Below, one piece after another: positions 1 to 9,787 of a stretch of 64,000 nucleotides of DNA. Origin of the DNA: a virus; the IMG/VR virus record IMGVR_UViG_3300032235_001020, positions 20,981-84,980 of that record; one strand, written 5' to 3'. The notes under the pieces are model-generated. The model saw only the letters and a list, made by a program, of their open reading frames with translations, searched no databases and had not been told where the DNA came from. Position 1 is the first letter of the stretch. Every line of letters starts with the position of its first letter. A program made the position numbers and the translations under genes.

Positions 1-296
1 CCCGAGTACCGCATGGATTGCAGGTCGTAGGAGCAGCCGACGCGGTGCGTGCGCAGCTGCATCAAGGTGTTGTGATCGGCCTTGAGGGCCAGGGTCAGTT
101 GCGGGTGCTCGAGTGGGCCCCAATGCCCCTTGCCGCCCTTGAGGAGACGCTCTACAGCGATCTTGCCGCAGGCGTCCTCAAGCAGGGCCGTCGAGGCGAT
201 GAAGTCCTCGGAGTAGTCGTTATGCAGCGCGATATAGACCAGTTGCTGCGGGCACTCCGTCGCAGCGACACGCTCGACCTTGAAAGCAGGCTGCAC
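1..296 (-). CDS. thyX: FAD-dependent thymidylate synthase ThyX, 5' part (runs off the window; absent from the ORF track)
   Basis: Manual translation from GTG at 296: MQPAFKVERVAATECPQQLVYIALHNDYSEDF...GHWGPLEHPQ...MQLRTHRVGCSYDLQSMRYS. Contains the ThyX (R/T)HR-x7/8-S-x-RY motif and the cyanobacterial-type GH(W/Y)GPLEHP. Confidence 0.92.
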   Translation of the reverse strand, partial: MQPAFKVERVAATECPQQLVYIALHNDYSEDFIASTALLEDACGKIAVERLLKGGKGHWGPLEHPQLTLALKADHNTLMQLRTHRVGCSYDLQSMRYS

Positions 297-355
297 GGGT
301 GGAGGCCAGAGACTGCAGGCAGCCTAAGGACAGGTCTTGCAGAGCGCAACCCCTG

Positions 356-1231
356 TCAGGCCCGCTTTAGGTTGTCGCCCAGGAAGCCGAAGACGCCCCC
401 CTCGCGAATCTTGCGTTCATTCTTTTTCCCAAAGATCTCGTCGTATTCGGGAATTCTGAGATCAAGTGGCAGGTTGGCGATTGCGTTCTGGGCGGCGTAA
501 CCGATCTCGTGGGCTGTCAGGGACGCATTGGCCTGGAGCTGCGGGATAGCGAGGTCGTTGTACGCCTGAACGCCAGCATTGCCCGCTCGATTGATCTCTG
601 TGTAAAGATCGGAGCCAGTCTTCGAGAGATCGGCGACCACGCGCCCCGCAAAGGATCCGCCATTGGCGCTCTCTTGCTGGTACTGATTAGCGCGGTCGTA
701 GGCCTCCCGGGCCTTGGTGAGGCCAGGGCTGGGCTGTGTGCTGGCCGGGGCAACCTGCTGGGCTGGTGCAGCGGCACTGCCTGACTGGGGCTTCTGCTGG
801 ACCATCCAGCTGGGCACAATAGTCCTGTCGACCTCGCGGTTGAGCACACCGTCTGTGTAGCGCGTGAAGTCACTGCCCTCGGTTGCCGGACCCACCTCGG
901 TCGCGCCCATGTAGACATCGCCCCGGCCAAGCTTGGCGCCTTGTAGGCCAGCGATATCAGCCTTGGTGCCACGCCCGTATTTCTTGTCGAGGTCCTCGCC
1001 AGCATCCGCAAACGCGCCAAAGGCGCCCATGGAGCCGTACTTGCCGGTGGGGTACTTGCCCTCGTTGTAATTATTGACGACGTTGGCGCTCAGCCCGCGG
1101 TCCTTGGCGAGCTGCCTGGCAAGGATCTTCGTGACATCAGGATGCTTCTGGCCGCGCTCCTCTTGCCGGCGAATTGCTCGCTGAACAAACTTGTCCCCAA
1201 CAACAGGTCGGTTGGGGCGTGCGAAAGACAT
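356..1231 (-). CDS. Hypothetical Gly/Ala/Gln-rich protein, possibly a virion protein
   Basis: 291-aa ORF with composition similar to the late internal-protein cluster. Confidence 0.6.
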   Translation of the reverse strand: MSFARPNRPVVGDKFVQRAIRRQEERGQKHPDVTKILARQLAKDRGLSANVVNNYNEGKYPTGKYGSMGAFGAFADAGEDLDKKYGRGTKADIAGLQGAKLGRGDVYMGATEVGPATEGSDFTRYTDGVLNREVDRTIVPSWMVQQKPQSGSAAAPAQQVAPASTQPSPGLTKAREAYDRANQYQQESANGGSFAGRVVADLSKTGSDLYTEINRAGNAGVQAYNDLAIPQLQANASLTAHEIGYAAQNAIANLPLDLRIPEYDEIFGKKNERKIREGGVFGFLGDNLKRA

Positions 1232-1279
1232 ATCGAGCGGCGATCACGATACCTCTCATGATAAAGAGCTCGTGATGCT

Positions 1280-1990
1280 CTAGTCTTCCTCGTCGAAATC
1301 AGGGTCGTCGTCAGCGTCGTCAGTCATCAGGGCGGCGATCTCCTCGGCGGTGACTGGTCCGTCTTGCCGCATGCGGAACTCGATCCAGAGCTGATTTGCC
1401 GCCTCCAGTTTCAAGAAGCGCTTGGGGTCACGCTCCTGTGTGGTCTTGAGGAAGAGTGAGGTTTCGTGATTGAGCTTGTGGGTGCTGAACTCAAGATCGA
1501 TCGATTGCAGCCGGCGGTTGTGGTAGTAGTGCGGCACCCCCTGAACTCGCAGGTGCAGGGGATTGCAGCAGCTGTTGTCTCCGCACAGGTGCTTGATCGG
1601 TAGTCGTCCCACGTCTCCCCAGCTGAACCAAGCGGCCACGCGCGGCGCGGCGAACTGATGACTGCGGTGCCAGTGGCGTGGAACGCGAAAGATGGTGGAG
1701 TTCGAGCGGCTGTGCATGGCACCCCGCCAGGGCCAGCAGTCGTCGGGATCGTTGATCTCCACGAAGGACCAGAACTCCAGGAAGCGGCGTCTGTGCTTGC
1801 GGTGAATCTTGTGGACGTCGAGGGTGAGGCGCCCTTCGGTCAGCGACGAGATGCAGCGCACGCAAGCATGGCTGTCGATATAGCGGGGGACACGGCCGTC
1901 CTTACTGCCGATGCTGTGCTCATGGAAGAAGCACAGCGGACCACCAATGATTTCCGAGTGGAGATCAGGCGGGATCGGCCAGCGCGCCAT
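1280..1990 (-). CDS. HNH / His-Me finger endonuclease-like protein
   Basis: CWPWRGA...IKHLCGDNSCCNPLHL matches the zinc-binding HNH homing-endonuclease pattern; acidic C-terminal tail. Confidence 0.8.
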   Translation of the reverse strand: MARWPIPPDLHSEIIGGPLCFFHEHSIGSKDGRVPRYIDSHACVRCISSLTEGRLTLDVHKIHRKHRRRFLEFWSFVEINDPDDCWPWRGAMHSRSNSTIFRVPRHWHRSHQFAAPRVAAWFSWGDVGRLPIKHLCGDNSCCNPLHLRVQGVPHYYHNRRLQSIDLEFSTHKLNHETSLFLKTTQERDPKRFLKLEAANQLWIEFRMRQDGPVTAEEIAALMTDDADDDPDFDEED

Positions 1991-2017
1991 GGGAGAGCAT
2001 CTATTGCATTGAATGTA

Positions 2018-2284
2018 TCAATCAGCAACCTTCTCGATGCGCGAGCTCGCGTGCACGGACGGCGTATTGAGATGGTCCCATTGAACGTGGATGTACTTGC
2101 AGGCGCTGCCGCGAATGCTCTTCTTGATCTCCACGCCGACGACGATGCCGTAGCGGCGGTGGCCAAGGATGCCGCGCACCTGCTGGAAGCTGGGCGAGTT
2201 GGGCGTGACGACATGATCCGCGACGCGCTCCCGTTCGCGAACGCGGTCACCGACAGACAGCAGGGGTGCTTTGGGTTTGCTCAT
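2018..2284 (-). CDS. Small hypothetical protein (SH3/KOW-like)
   Basis: VGDRVRE...GIVVGV...YIHVQWD pattern; ATGA-coupled to the upstream gene. Confidence 0.6.
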   Translation of the reverse strand: MSKPKAPLLSVGDRVRERERVADHVVTPNSPSFQQVRGILGHRRYGIVVGVEIKKSIRGSACKYIHVQWDHLNTPSVHASSRIEKVAD

Positions 2285-2565
2285 TGGATGCGGAGTGGGT
2301 ATCCAGCAGCGGCTTGAAAGCGGCCACCGAGTGCGGGGAACTGTTCCTTGGTGGGGCGAACGTCAATCCAGTGCTCTGGCCAGAGCTCGTTGCGGGTGCT
2401 GCCCTCGATGACGACCGGCACCAGGGAGAAGCGGGTGCCGATGGCCTCGGACTTGCCGATGACGAGCCCGGCCCGACCATCGAGGCGGTTGAGGATCCGC
2501 AAGCCAACCAGAAAGGACTTCATCGTGAGTGAGCTGCGCGCCATGTCTTGCACTGTGCGCGCCAA
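2281..2565 (-). CDS. Small hypothetical protein
   Basis: ORF in operon arrangement, 4-nt overlap with the next gene. Confidence 0.55.
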   Translation of the reverse strand: MARTVQDMARSSLTMKSFLVGLRILNRLDGRAGLVIGKSEAIGTRFSLVPVVIEGSTRNELWPEHWIDVRPTKEQFPALGGRFQAAAGYPLRIQ

Positions 2566-2577
2566 GGGTAGAGGGTT

Positions 2578-3117
2578 TTAGCCCACCGTCAACGGGTCGA
2601 ACAGCTCGTCGGCGTATCCCTCAAGGGCTGGCTCGATCGGACCGCTCATCGGGATCGACGACACGGCGACGCCGGCCTCGATGAACATGAGCTTGGCGGT
2701 CTCGAACGACTCTTGCCAGCGCAGGGGCATGACGAAGTTCGGGATGACGACCTTGTTGAAGCCCGCCTGGATGAGTTGGGCGGCGCACTGACTGCAAGTC
2801 ATCAGCGGCCAGACGTAACAGGTGGCACCGTTGAGGCAAACGCCGTGCCGGGCGGCGTAGCAGATGAGGTTGGCCTCGGCATGCACCGTCATCTGCAGGC
2901 GCAGTTCACGATTACTTAGGCGGCTGATGTCGTCATTGACGTGCATCGGGATGCCGTTGTAGCCGGAGGCGAGGATGCGCCGTTCCCGCACGGCCACTGC
3001 TCCGACCTTGGTGCTGGGGTCTTTGCTCCAGCCAGCGATATTGCGGGCAATCGAAAGGAAGCGTTGGTCCCAGTGCTCAGGCGCCTTGGGCGGACGCATC
3101 TCAGGCGGGTTGGACAT
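2578..3117 (-). CDS. dCMP deaminase (ComEB-like)
   Basis: SKDPSTKVGA, GYNG, HAE and CxxC zinc-deaminase motifs. Confidence 0.93.
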   Translation of the reverse strand: MSNPPEMRPPKAPEHWDQRFLSIARNIAGWSKDPSTKVGAVAVRERRILASGYNGIPMHVNDDISRLSNRELRLQMTVHAEANLICYAARHGVCLNGATCYVWPLMTCSQCAAQLIQAGFNKVVIPNFVMPLRWQESFETAKLMFIEAGVAVSSIPMSGPIEPALEGYADELFDPLTVG

Positions 3118-3176
3118 GATGACTCAGTTAGCGAAGTTTTTTAGGATGTTGCGAGTAAGCACAGGCGCTGCCGCCA

Positions 3177-3383
3177 ATGATTGAAGTTGGTGCCGTCATT
3201 GGCGTTGCGGCAGTTGGTGCCCTGTGGCGGATGGCCTTTGAGCAAGGCTCCATGAAGCGCGGCATGGATGGAATCCTGCATGAATTGCAGATGTTGCGCA
3301 GTGAACTGAGCAAAGACATCCACGAGCTGGAGATCCGTATTGGCGACCACGAACTCAGGCTGCGCGAACTAGAGAAGCGCTAA
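3177..3383 (+). CDS. Small membrane protein with coiled coil
   Basis: N-terminal hydrophobic helix followed by a heptad-rich tail (DHELRLRELEK). Confidence 0.65.
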   Translation: MIEVGAVIGVAAVGALWRMAFEQGSMKRGMDGILHELQMLRSELSKDIHELEIRIGDHELRLRELEKR

Positions 3384-3534
3384 CCGAGTACGAACCAAAT
3401 CACCAGGGTGATCAATAGAGCAAGACCGCATCCCTGGGCGAGTAGTTGCAGCACCAGGCCGGCGAGCTGGTGAGGCTTGGGCGGCTGGTGCATAGGGCCT
3501 GGGCCTGGGATGGCTGCTCCGGCGGGAGTCATGG

Positions 3535-3828
3535 CTAGCCGGCGGCGACGTCTGCGCCAGAGCCGACCTCGACGTCATCGACGATGGCGGGGCGCCAGCC
3601 GGCGGACCAGAGCTTCCGGGCTCGGCGGTAGAGCTGATCGGTATCCATGTGCCAATTGGATAGGGACCGGGCCAGGTCGTGCTGGATGTCCCTGGCGCCT
3701 GGGTAGCCGAGATAGCGCATCAGGAGCCGAGCGCAGTCCGCGATGTCGGCGTCGGTGGGCTGTGCGGCAGCCAGAAGGCGGTCAACGATGGGCCGATCCT
3801 GGTCCTGCATGGGGTGCTTGCGGTCCAT
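3535..3828 (-). CDS. DUF3288-like cyanobacterial protein
   Basis: DRPIVDRLL...ARLLMRYLGYPGARDIQHDL...W resembles DUF3288. Confidence 0.75.
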   Translation of the reverse strand: MDRKHPMQDQDRPIVDRLLAAAQPTDADIADCARLLMRYLGYPGARDIQHDLARSLSNWHMDTDQLYRRARKLWSAGWRPAIVDDVEVGSGADVAAG

Positions 3829-4323
3829 GCCTGCATGCTGTGGCGTGCAGATCGTAGTCCAGGACAGGGTTTTTGGGGCGTCTTGCGTGCTGTGTCGGTC
3901 GTACCGGCGGAATTTGGGGGATCGGCAAAGAGACCGGAACGCTCAGATCGGTTGCAGCGGAATGGATTTGGAGGGCTGTTCCGATAGTACCAGTCTTTTT
4001 GCTTCTCTTTTATATAGATAGGGGGCGACCTCTGGGTTCTTTCTGGGGAACCAAACCCTTCAAATTGTCCAGTACGCAAAGTGTAGCGAACTCAGAAGTG
4101 GGATGCCAACACAGGAGGGAGGGGGACAGGCGTGACCTGGCAGCTCCTGGTCCCAGAGAATATAGGGAAGTGGCGTCACTACCGGCACAACTGGTAAATC
4201 GATTCTCCTGCAGGCGATCTCGGTGTGACGCACCCCCTGGCAAGGTGCCAAATATCCAAGACCTGCCTATCTCAGTATGGGACGCCAAGCAGTGACTAAT
4301 AAGTGGAACCGGCAGGAAGACAC

Positions 4324-4352
4324 AAAAAAGCCGCCCCGTAACAAGAGCGGCT
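4324..4352 (-). terminator. Rho-independent terminator after the primase-helicase gene
   Basis: AGCCGC/GCGGCT stem followed by T6 on the minus strand. Confidence 0.7.
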
Positions 4353-4377
4353 AATCAATGAGGACTCAGGAGGCTGG

Positions 4378-6870
4378 TTAGGCGGCGATGCCCTCGTCGG
4401 CCTTCATCCAAATGCGCCGTGCCTCGCGCCCAATCCTCACGCGCTTCTGCTGGTAGCCAAGGCTCTTGAGGGTGTCGGTCATGGCAGTCCGCACGCTGTT
4501 GTGGCGATCGATCGGGATCTCGAGCCACTCGTACAGGTCGCTGAGGACCACGAAGCTGCGGCCCTGGTGGACGCCCGAATGGCGCAGGCTCAGTGCTGTG
4601 CGGATCCTGGTGTCGAACGGGTTGTCGACGCGGAAGTTCTCCTGGTACTCCTGGATCTGCTTGAGCTCGTCGCTACTGAAGTTGTGAACGGGGTTGTCCT
4701 GGTAGGCCATGTAGGCCGCCGCCCAGATCCCATCACGGTCTTGCTTGAGACGATCCAGATCGATGATCAGGGTTTTGGGATCATCCGGACTGGGCACCTT
4801 GCCGGCAACGACGATCGGCATGAAGCGCCTGTTGCCGGTGGGGTCGACGAAGAAGTCATCGCTGTTGGTGGCCCCGCAGAGCACGAAGGCCCGCATGAAG
4901 TTGCGCTCGTTCTCGTACTTGCGGGCAGAGCGATCCACCGGCACCGAGACCAGGTTCTTGAGCTCCTCGACGTAGCCCCGCTGGAAGTAGCGCTCGGTCT
5001 CGTCCAGGACGACAAACCAGCCGGCATGAAGCAGGTGAGGTTTTTCCTTGAGGCCGCGGATGCCCTGCTGGATCGTGGCGACCCAGGGGTAGACGCCTGG
5101 ATCCGAGGGCGAAGGAGGCGTGATGTACTGGAAGAAGTTGGTCTTGCCGCAGTTCTGCGAGCCAATCAGGATCGGCATCCAGTCATGAGCGCAGCCGGGT
5201 GAGAGCACACGGGCGACAGCGCCCACCAGGAAGCGCTCGAGCACCACGTCCGCCAGCAGGCGTCCCTTCTCAGGGCCACGGGTGAAACATGGGTTCAGCA
5301 GGGGATCCGCCTTAAGACCCAGCAGCTCGCTGGCCAGGGTCTTGAAGTAGGGGCAGGGTTCTGCTGTGCCGGCGCAGTGGGTGAGGTAAGCCTGCACGGG
5401 ATGGACGCGGTTCTCCCAGGCCGTGATGCCTGCGATGTCGATCACCGTGGTCTTGGGGTAGACCGTGCCGGTGCCGAGGCTGATGCGGCAGTAGGCGGTG
5501 GTGATGTCGTCGACGAGGCGGGGGGAATCGAGAGGGCCGTACTCGAGCTCCTGATTCATCATGTTGCGCCGCAAGCCCGGATAGAGGGCGTTGAGGCGGT
5601 CGCGGATGACGCGAACGGTGTCTTCTGGGACGTTGCCATCCCCCCTGCGGCGAGGAACGTCGGGGATAGGGCGATCGGGGCGACGGTCTTCGGGTGGGAC
5701 GTGGCCGTCATCGATGAACTGGAAGCCGGGATCGTTGTCGTCGTCAAAGGGGTCCTCGTCATCATCTGGATCTGAGGATTCGAGCGGCTCGGGTGGCGCA
5801 AGGGTTGGAGCTGCGATGGCTGCCCAGGGGCGCTCGGCATCAAAGAGCCCAGGGGTGCTGTCGGCTGATTGCGGAGCGGGATTGCTGAGGCCCGTATCCC
5901 AGGAGTAGGGGGAGTCCTGGCCGCCATGGAGGAAGTCCTCGTGGTCGTAGCCGACTGCGCCGTGGTTCTTAGGTGGAGCAAACGCACTCTGACGGAGCTC
6001 GTCCGGCAAGGTCTTGGTCCAGCTGGGGTCTTCCTGCATGGCCAGGTAGAAGAGGGTCAGCAGGCTGGAGCGGGTGTTGCGGAAGGAATAGAAGAAGCGC
6101 TCGGTGCCCTGCTTACTGCGGTAGCCACTGGTGTGATGGCAGCGAGAAGCCCAGTTCTGCCAGGCCGGGAACACTGCCTCTCCGCCGGAGCAGGCCGCAG
6201 CGGTCACCTTGATGAAGCGATCACGCTCGCCGTCTTCCGTGGGGGTGAGCACCTGCTCCAGGACATGGCAGGCCTGGCCGATGGTCTGATCGTCGTAGAG
6301 GGAGGCGTCTAGGCGGTGGCGAGCAGAGGCGACTTCTGCCTGGGTCCTGGCGTCCTGGATGATCGAGTCCGGCAGCAGGGCATCGGGCTGCCAGAGCGGG
6401 ACCTGGGCGTTGTCAGCGCCATAGAACAGGCGGCAGGGATCAGTGCAGGATTTGTCGCCGCCCAGGGCTGTAGTCAAGATGGTGACGACGGCCTTGTAGA
6501 GGTCTGGATCCTCCATGCGCTTGGGCAGGCGGAAGATGACCCGGTAGCGAGGGGCGTCGTCGCGGTGGCTGTGGGTGGTGTAAACGAAGCAGGCATGGGT
6601 TGCCAGGGGGTGGGCGCGGAAGGCGTCGAGGTCGAGGCCGTTGTCGACATCCACAACAGCTAGATCAGCGTGGCGGAATGCAGCAGAACTGCGGTGCTGT
6701 GAGCTCATCGCTGCCGAGATGAACGCACCTCCGGTAGTGACGTGATCACGCAGCTCCTGGAGGGAGCCCTCGCGGGACTGCCAGTTGGCGGCGAAGTCGT
6801 TCTGCCAATGGACAGGTTTGTTGCGGATCGAGGGGTGAACAGAGAAGCAGATGGGTGAGGCGGATGACAT
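4378..6870 (-). CDS. Primase (AEP-like + PriCT-2-like) fused to VirE/VapE-type SF3 helicase
   Basis: N-terminal DVD, YTTHSH...PRYRVIF and DPCRLFYG; C-terminal Walker A GSQNCGKT, Walker B VVLDE, and GATN...DPTGNRRF VirE signature. Confidence 0.88.
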   Translation of the reverse strand: MSSASPICFSVHPSIRNKPVHWQNDFAANWQSREGSLQELRDHVTTGGAFISAAMSSQHRSSAAFRHADLAVVDVDNGLDLDAFRAHPLATHACFVYTTHSHRDDAPRYRVIFRLPKRMEDPDLYKAVVTILTTALGGDKSCTDPCRLFYGADNAQVPLWQPDALLPDSIIQDARTQAEVASARHRLDASLYDDQTIGQACHVLEQVLTPTEDGERDRFIKVTAAACSGGEAVFPAWQNWASRCHHTSGYRSKQGTERFFYSFRNTRSSLLTLFYLAMQEDPSWTKTLPDELRQSAFAPPKNHGAVGYDHEDFLHGGQDSPYSWDTGLSNPAPQSADSTPGLFDAERPWAAIAAPTLAPPEPLESSDPDDDEDPFDDDNDPGFQFIDDGHVPPEDRRPDRPIPDVPRRRGDGNVPEDTVRVIRDRLNALYPGLRRNMMNQELEYGPLDSPRLVDDITTAYCRISLGTGTVYPKTTVIDIAGITAWENRVHPVQAYLTHCAGTAEPCPYFKTLASELLGLKADPLLNPCFTRGPEKGRLLADVVLERFLVGAVARVLSPGCAHDWMPILIGSQNCGKTNFFQYITPPSPSDPGVYPWVATIQQGIRGLKEKPHLLHAGWFVVLDETERYFQRGYVEELKNLVSVPVDRSARKYENERNFMRAFVLCGATNSDDFFVDPTGNRRFMPIVVAGKVPSPDDPKTLIIDLDRLKQDRDGIWAAAYMAYQDNPVHNFSSDELKQIQEYQENFRVDNPFDTRIRTALSLRHSGVHQGRSFVVLSDLYEWLEIPIDRHNSVRTAMTDTLKSLGYQQKRVRIGREARRIWMKADEGIAA

Positions 6871-7087
6871 GCGGATGCTCTGCAGGCGTGCGGTGTGACT
6901 GCAGTGGCGCGCACCCTAGCGCTGCACGCAAGCCTTGTCACGCAGGTACCAAGCGCCGGTATGCAGGGTGTGTGCCGGACTAAATCCCTTGGTATGACTG
7001 GCGTTGTACCGTAAGCGTGACGAACTTGACCAGGGTGCGGCACAGCTTGCGTCGCATGTGTATGGTGCAGAAACAACGGGAGAAGTT

Positions 7088-7717
7088 ATGGCCAAAGTCG
7101 TCCCGCACACGCCGATCGAGAAACAGCAAATCGAGCGCTTCATTAGCTGCCTGAACCAGGCGATGGTGGCCGGCCACCTCAGCCAGCGGGGGCTGTGCTC
7201 GAAAATCGAGGTGACAATCGGCTCACTGACCAAGTACCTGCGGGGCGATATAGCCCCGTTACGCGTGGGCCTCGGTATCCAGGCGCTCCTGGCCCAGGAG
7301 CTGGGTGTGACGCTGGATGCCCTCTACGCCTACTACCAGACGGGTAAGTACGTCACGGAGATCAGCGTGGGGCAGGTGGAGAGCTGGATCCGCAGTGAGG
7401 CCGGTCAGCTGGACCTGCCTCGTTTGCTGGCATCGTTGAAGGATGCCGGCGAGCGCTGGGTGGACGAGCCGGTGCCGGCACAGGAGGCGCCAGAGCCAGT
7501 AAGTCCACCGCTCTATACCTGGCCGATCGAGGAGCTCAAGGATGCGGGCGTGAGCGATCTGTTCCGCGAGCGGCTGGGCCTAACGGATGAGGCACTGAGG
7601 CTGCTGGCGACCACGGGCGAATTCGAGGAGGAGCTGGCCGAGGCCTTTGGGATCGCATGCAACTACCAGAAGGCGGCAGTGATCGAGGCCTTTACAAACC
7701 GGGCTGCGATCGGGTGA
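7088..7717 (+). CDS. XRE-family HTH regulator, divergent from the primase gene
   Basis: LSQRGLCSKIEVTIGSLTKYLRG...LAQELGVTLDAL; start taken as ATG 7088. Confidence 0.75.
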   Translation: MAKVVPHTPIEKQQIERFISCLNQAMVAGHLSQRGLCSKIEVTIGSLTKYLRGDIAPLRVGLGIQALLAQELGVTLDALYAYYQTGKYVTEISVGQVESWIRSEAGQLDLPRLLASLKDAGERWVDEPVPAQEAPEPVSPPLYTWPIEELKDAGVSDLFRERLGLTDEALRLLATTGEFEEELAEAFGIACNYQKAAVIEAFTNRAAIG

Positions 7718-7756
7718 GCTGAATGCGTGGTATGGTTTGCTTGCGAAAGATCAAGT

Positions 7757-7786
7757 GCGGGTCCTGTGGTGGGGCCCGCCTTTTTT
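7757..7786 (+). terminator. Rho-independent terminator
   Basis: GCGGGTCC/GGGCCCGC stem followed by T6. Confidence 0.8.
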
Positions 7787-7813
7787 ATGGGGTTTATGGG
7801 AGAGCGATAATTA

Positions 7814-7930
7814 TTCTCAGCACTGGCATGGCAATGAGACCCCGGGCTTGGTGACCTCGGGATCTCACGAGCACACACGGTGCCCAGGTGGCAGCCAATG
7901 CACAAGCTGTTGTGCGCTGCTGCTAGAGAA
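7814..7930. ncRNA. Candidate structured RNA (multi-branched, ~117 nt)
   Basis: Closing stem TTCTCAGCA/TGCT(A)GAGAA enclosing several nested helices; intergenic. Confidence 0.45.
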
Positions 7931-7978
7931 ATGCTAACGAGAAGATCTTTAGACTACGAGTAATGCATCGGTAGCGCA

Positions 7979-8392
7979 GTGCGTACAGCTGGGACTGCTT
8001 TGGGGTATGGCGACCCGGTGACGATGACTGAGTTGGTCGCTCGTGCGCCAAGCTTCGATTTGGGTTACCCGAAGATTCCAGGCCGGGATCTCGAGGGGAT
8101 TCCTAATGCGAATGATCCAGTCATGAAAGAGAGGCTGCGTCAGCGACTGCTCCGCAATCCAGATGGTGGCCAGGAACTGCCTGGCTTCCTGCAGAAAGCA
8201 GAGGCTCCCGGTGGCCTGGGCCCTGTCGCCATGGACCTGCTCTACGACGGAGCCCAAGATGGCGACTACTCGAATATGCCGGTCATCCGTGACGTGGTGG
8301 GCGACGAGAGGGAGCGTGATGCGCAACTGGAGGAGTATCGCCTGCGTGCATTTCCTTCTCCCGGTCTGAACGCTCCCTTGCTGTATAGCTGA
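7979..8392 (+). CDS. Hypothetical late protein (N-terminal RTAG)
   Basis: First ORF after a TAGACT -10 box at 7950-7955. Confidence 0.65.
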   Translation: MRTAGTALGYGDPVTMTELVARAPSFDLGYPKIPGRDLEGIPNANDPVMKERLRQRLLRNPDGGQELPGFLQKAEAPGGLGPVAMDLLYDGAQDGDYSNMPVIRDVVGDERERDAQLEEYRLRAFPSPGLNAPLLYS

Positions 8393-8394
8393 CC

Positions 8395-9315
8395 ATGACA
8401 GAACGTAAGGCCGGATCTCAGCTGATTGGATTCTTCCTGCACGACCCGCTGGGAGAGGAGCTACTGGAGGGAACTGTTGGTGGCTTGATGGCCGGTGCAT
8501 CGCAGTTGGGTAGCGATCAGACACTGGGGCAAACGGCACTGGAGACGGCGACAGCGATTGCAGGCGGCATTGGGCTTGGGATGGCGGGCCGCCGACTGGG
8601 TGCCATGGCTGGCAAGCGCCTGCATAAGGGTCCACTCAAGGAGCAGGATTCGATGGTGGCGAACCTGGCTCGGACCCTGGGGTCGGAGACGACAGCCGGT
8701 GGGCTGCGGGACCAGGGCGTCGTCATGAAGACAGCCGTGCAGGAGGCGCTGGTCAATGAGACCTCAGCCCAGCTGGCGAGGGAGGCGATGAGCAACCCTG
8801 CGGAGTTCGCCAAGCGCTATGGCATGTCCGCTGAGCAGTTCACGCAACTACTGCCAGTCGTGAAAACGGGGCGAACTGCGGCGGCTGCAGCAGAGGCAAT
8901 GAAGTCGATGCCACCCGAGCTGAAGGAGCAGGCTCTCAAGAAGCTGTCCGAGTACGAGGCGGTGGAGAAACTGTTGACCGGCCAGGCCGCAGGAAGTATG
9001 GATGAGCTGATCCAGAGCGTGGCATCGTCTGTGGATCGCCTGCAGAAAGACGTTGATCCCTCTGATCTGGAGGGTCTGCAGGCTGTGCTGAAGGGACGCA
9101 ACCCGAGTGACGCGATCCGCTCTCTGCTGAATCCGGCGCCACCAATTACGGGTGAGCATGTGGGCCGGGCTCTGGGCCGCATGATTGGTGACGAGGTGGG
9201 CATCCTCGGTGGCCTGGCAGCGGGATCACTGCTTGCTCAGCAGCTAGGTATCGAGAGCCCGAAGGACCGCAAGATCCGGGAACTCGAGCAGCAAATGCAG
9301 GGAGCTGGCCGATGA
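8395..9315 (+). CDS. Glycine-zipper helical protein, probable internal virion protein
   Basis: GGIGLGMAG and GILGGLAAG segments; N-terminal RKAG. Confidence 0.7.
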   Translation: MTERKAGSQLIGFFLHDPLGEELLEGTVGGLMAGASQLGSDQTLGQTALETATAIAGGIGLGMAGRRLGAMAGKRLHKGPLKEQDSMVANLARTLGSETTAGGLRDQGVVMKTAVQEALVNETSAQLAREAMSNPAEFAKRYGMSAEQFTQLLPVVKTGRTAAAAAEAMKSMPPELKEQALKKLSEYEAVEKLLTGQAAGSMDELIQSVASSVDRLQKDVDPSDLEGLQAVLKGRNPSDAIRSLLNPAPPITGEHVGRALGRMIGDEVGILGGLAAGSLLAQQLGIESPKDRKIRELEQQMQGAGR

Positions 9316-9647
9316 TGAAGCGACGAATGGCAGGCGACGATGATGTGCTGCGGCTGCTCAGAAGCGATCTCAGTGGCGGCTTGGATGATTCGGTTGCTAA
9401 TGAAGATCTAGGCCTGAGCGATGAAGACCTTTATCGCGGTCAGTGGGGTGTAGTGAGCGCGGACGAGAAAGAGGAGCTACAGGAGCACCTGGAAGGAAGC
9501 GTGTATCCATACCAGCCTTTGTATCCGGCCGAGCAGGATGCTGTGCAGATGGCCTATGAGGCTGATGTGATTAAACGACTGACGACATTGATGATGCAGT
9601 ATCCAGGTGAATCGCCAAATAGACTGCTAGCACTGGCGCTTCAGTAA
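9312..9647 (+). CDS. Acidic hypothetical protein (N-terminal RRMAG)
   Basis: Translationally coupled ORF. Confidence 0.65.
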   Translation: MMKRRMAGDDDVLRLLRSDLSGGLDDSVANEDLGLSDEDLYRGQWGVVSADEKEELQEHLEGSVYPYQPLYPAEQDAVQMAYEADVIKRLTTLMMQYPGESPNRLLALALQ

Positions 9648-9787
9648 TGGCCAAGCAACGCATGGCTGGCGAGAAAGGCAAGGAGCTAGCCCAGGCCTGC
9701 TGGAAGGGCTACGAGGCGATCGGCTTCAAGCAGAAGGACGGCAAGAAGGTGCCTAGCTGCGTACCGAAGAAGGAGGGCAACGGCTGA
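9647..9787 (+). CDS. 46-aa protein with CWKGY...KKVPSCV motif (absent from the ORF track)
   Basis: MAKQRMAGEKGKELAQACWKGYEAIGFKQKDGKKVPSCVPKKEGNG; TAATG and TGATG coupling on both sides; motif recurrent in cyanophages. Confidence 0.8.
   Translation: MAKQRMAGEKGKELAQACWKGYEAIGFKQKDGKKVPSCVPKKEGNG

Noticed and set aside
18-500. Plus-strand 160-aa ORF and many similar long shadow ORFs (e.g. 1658-2317, 4501-5202, 32100-32870, 52817-53671)
   Set aside because: Antisense or alternate-frame shadows of real genes, expected at this GC content; 18-500 lies opposite thyX.
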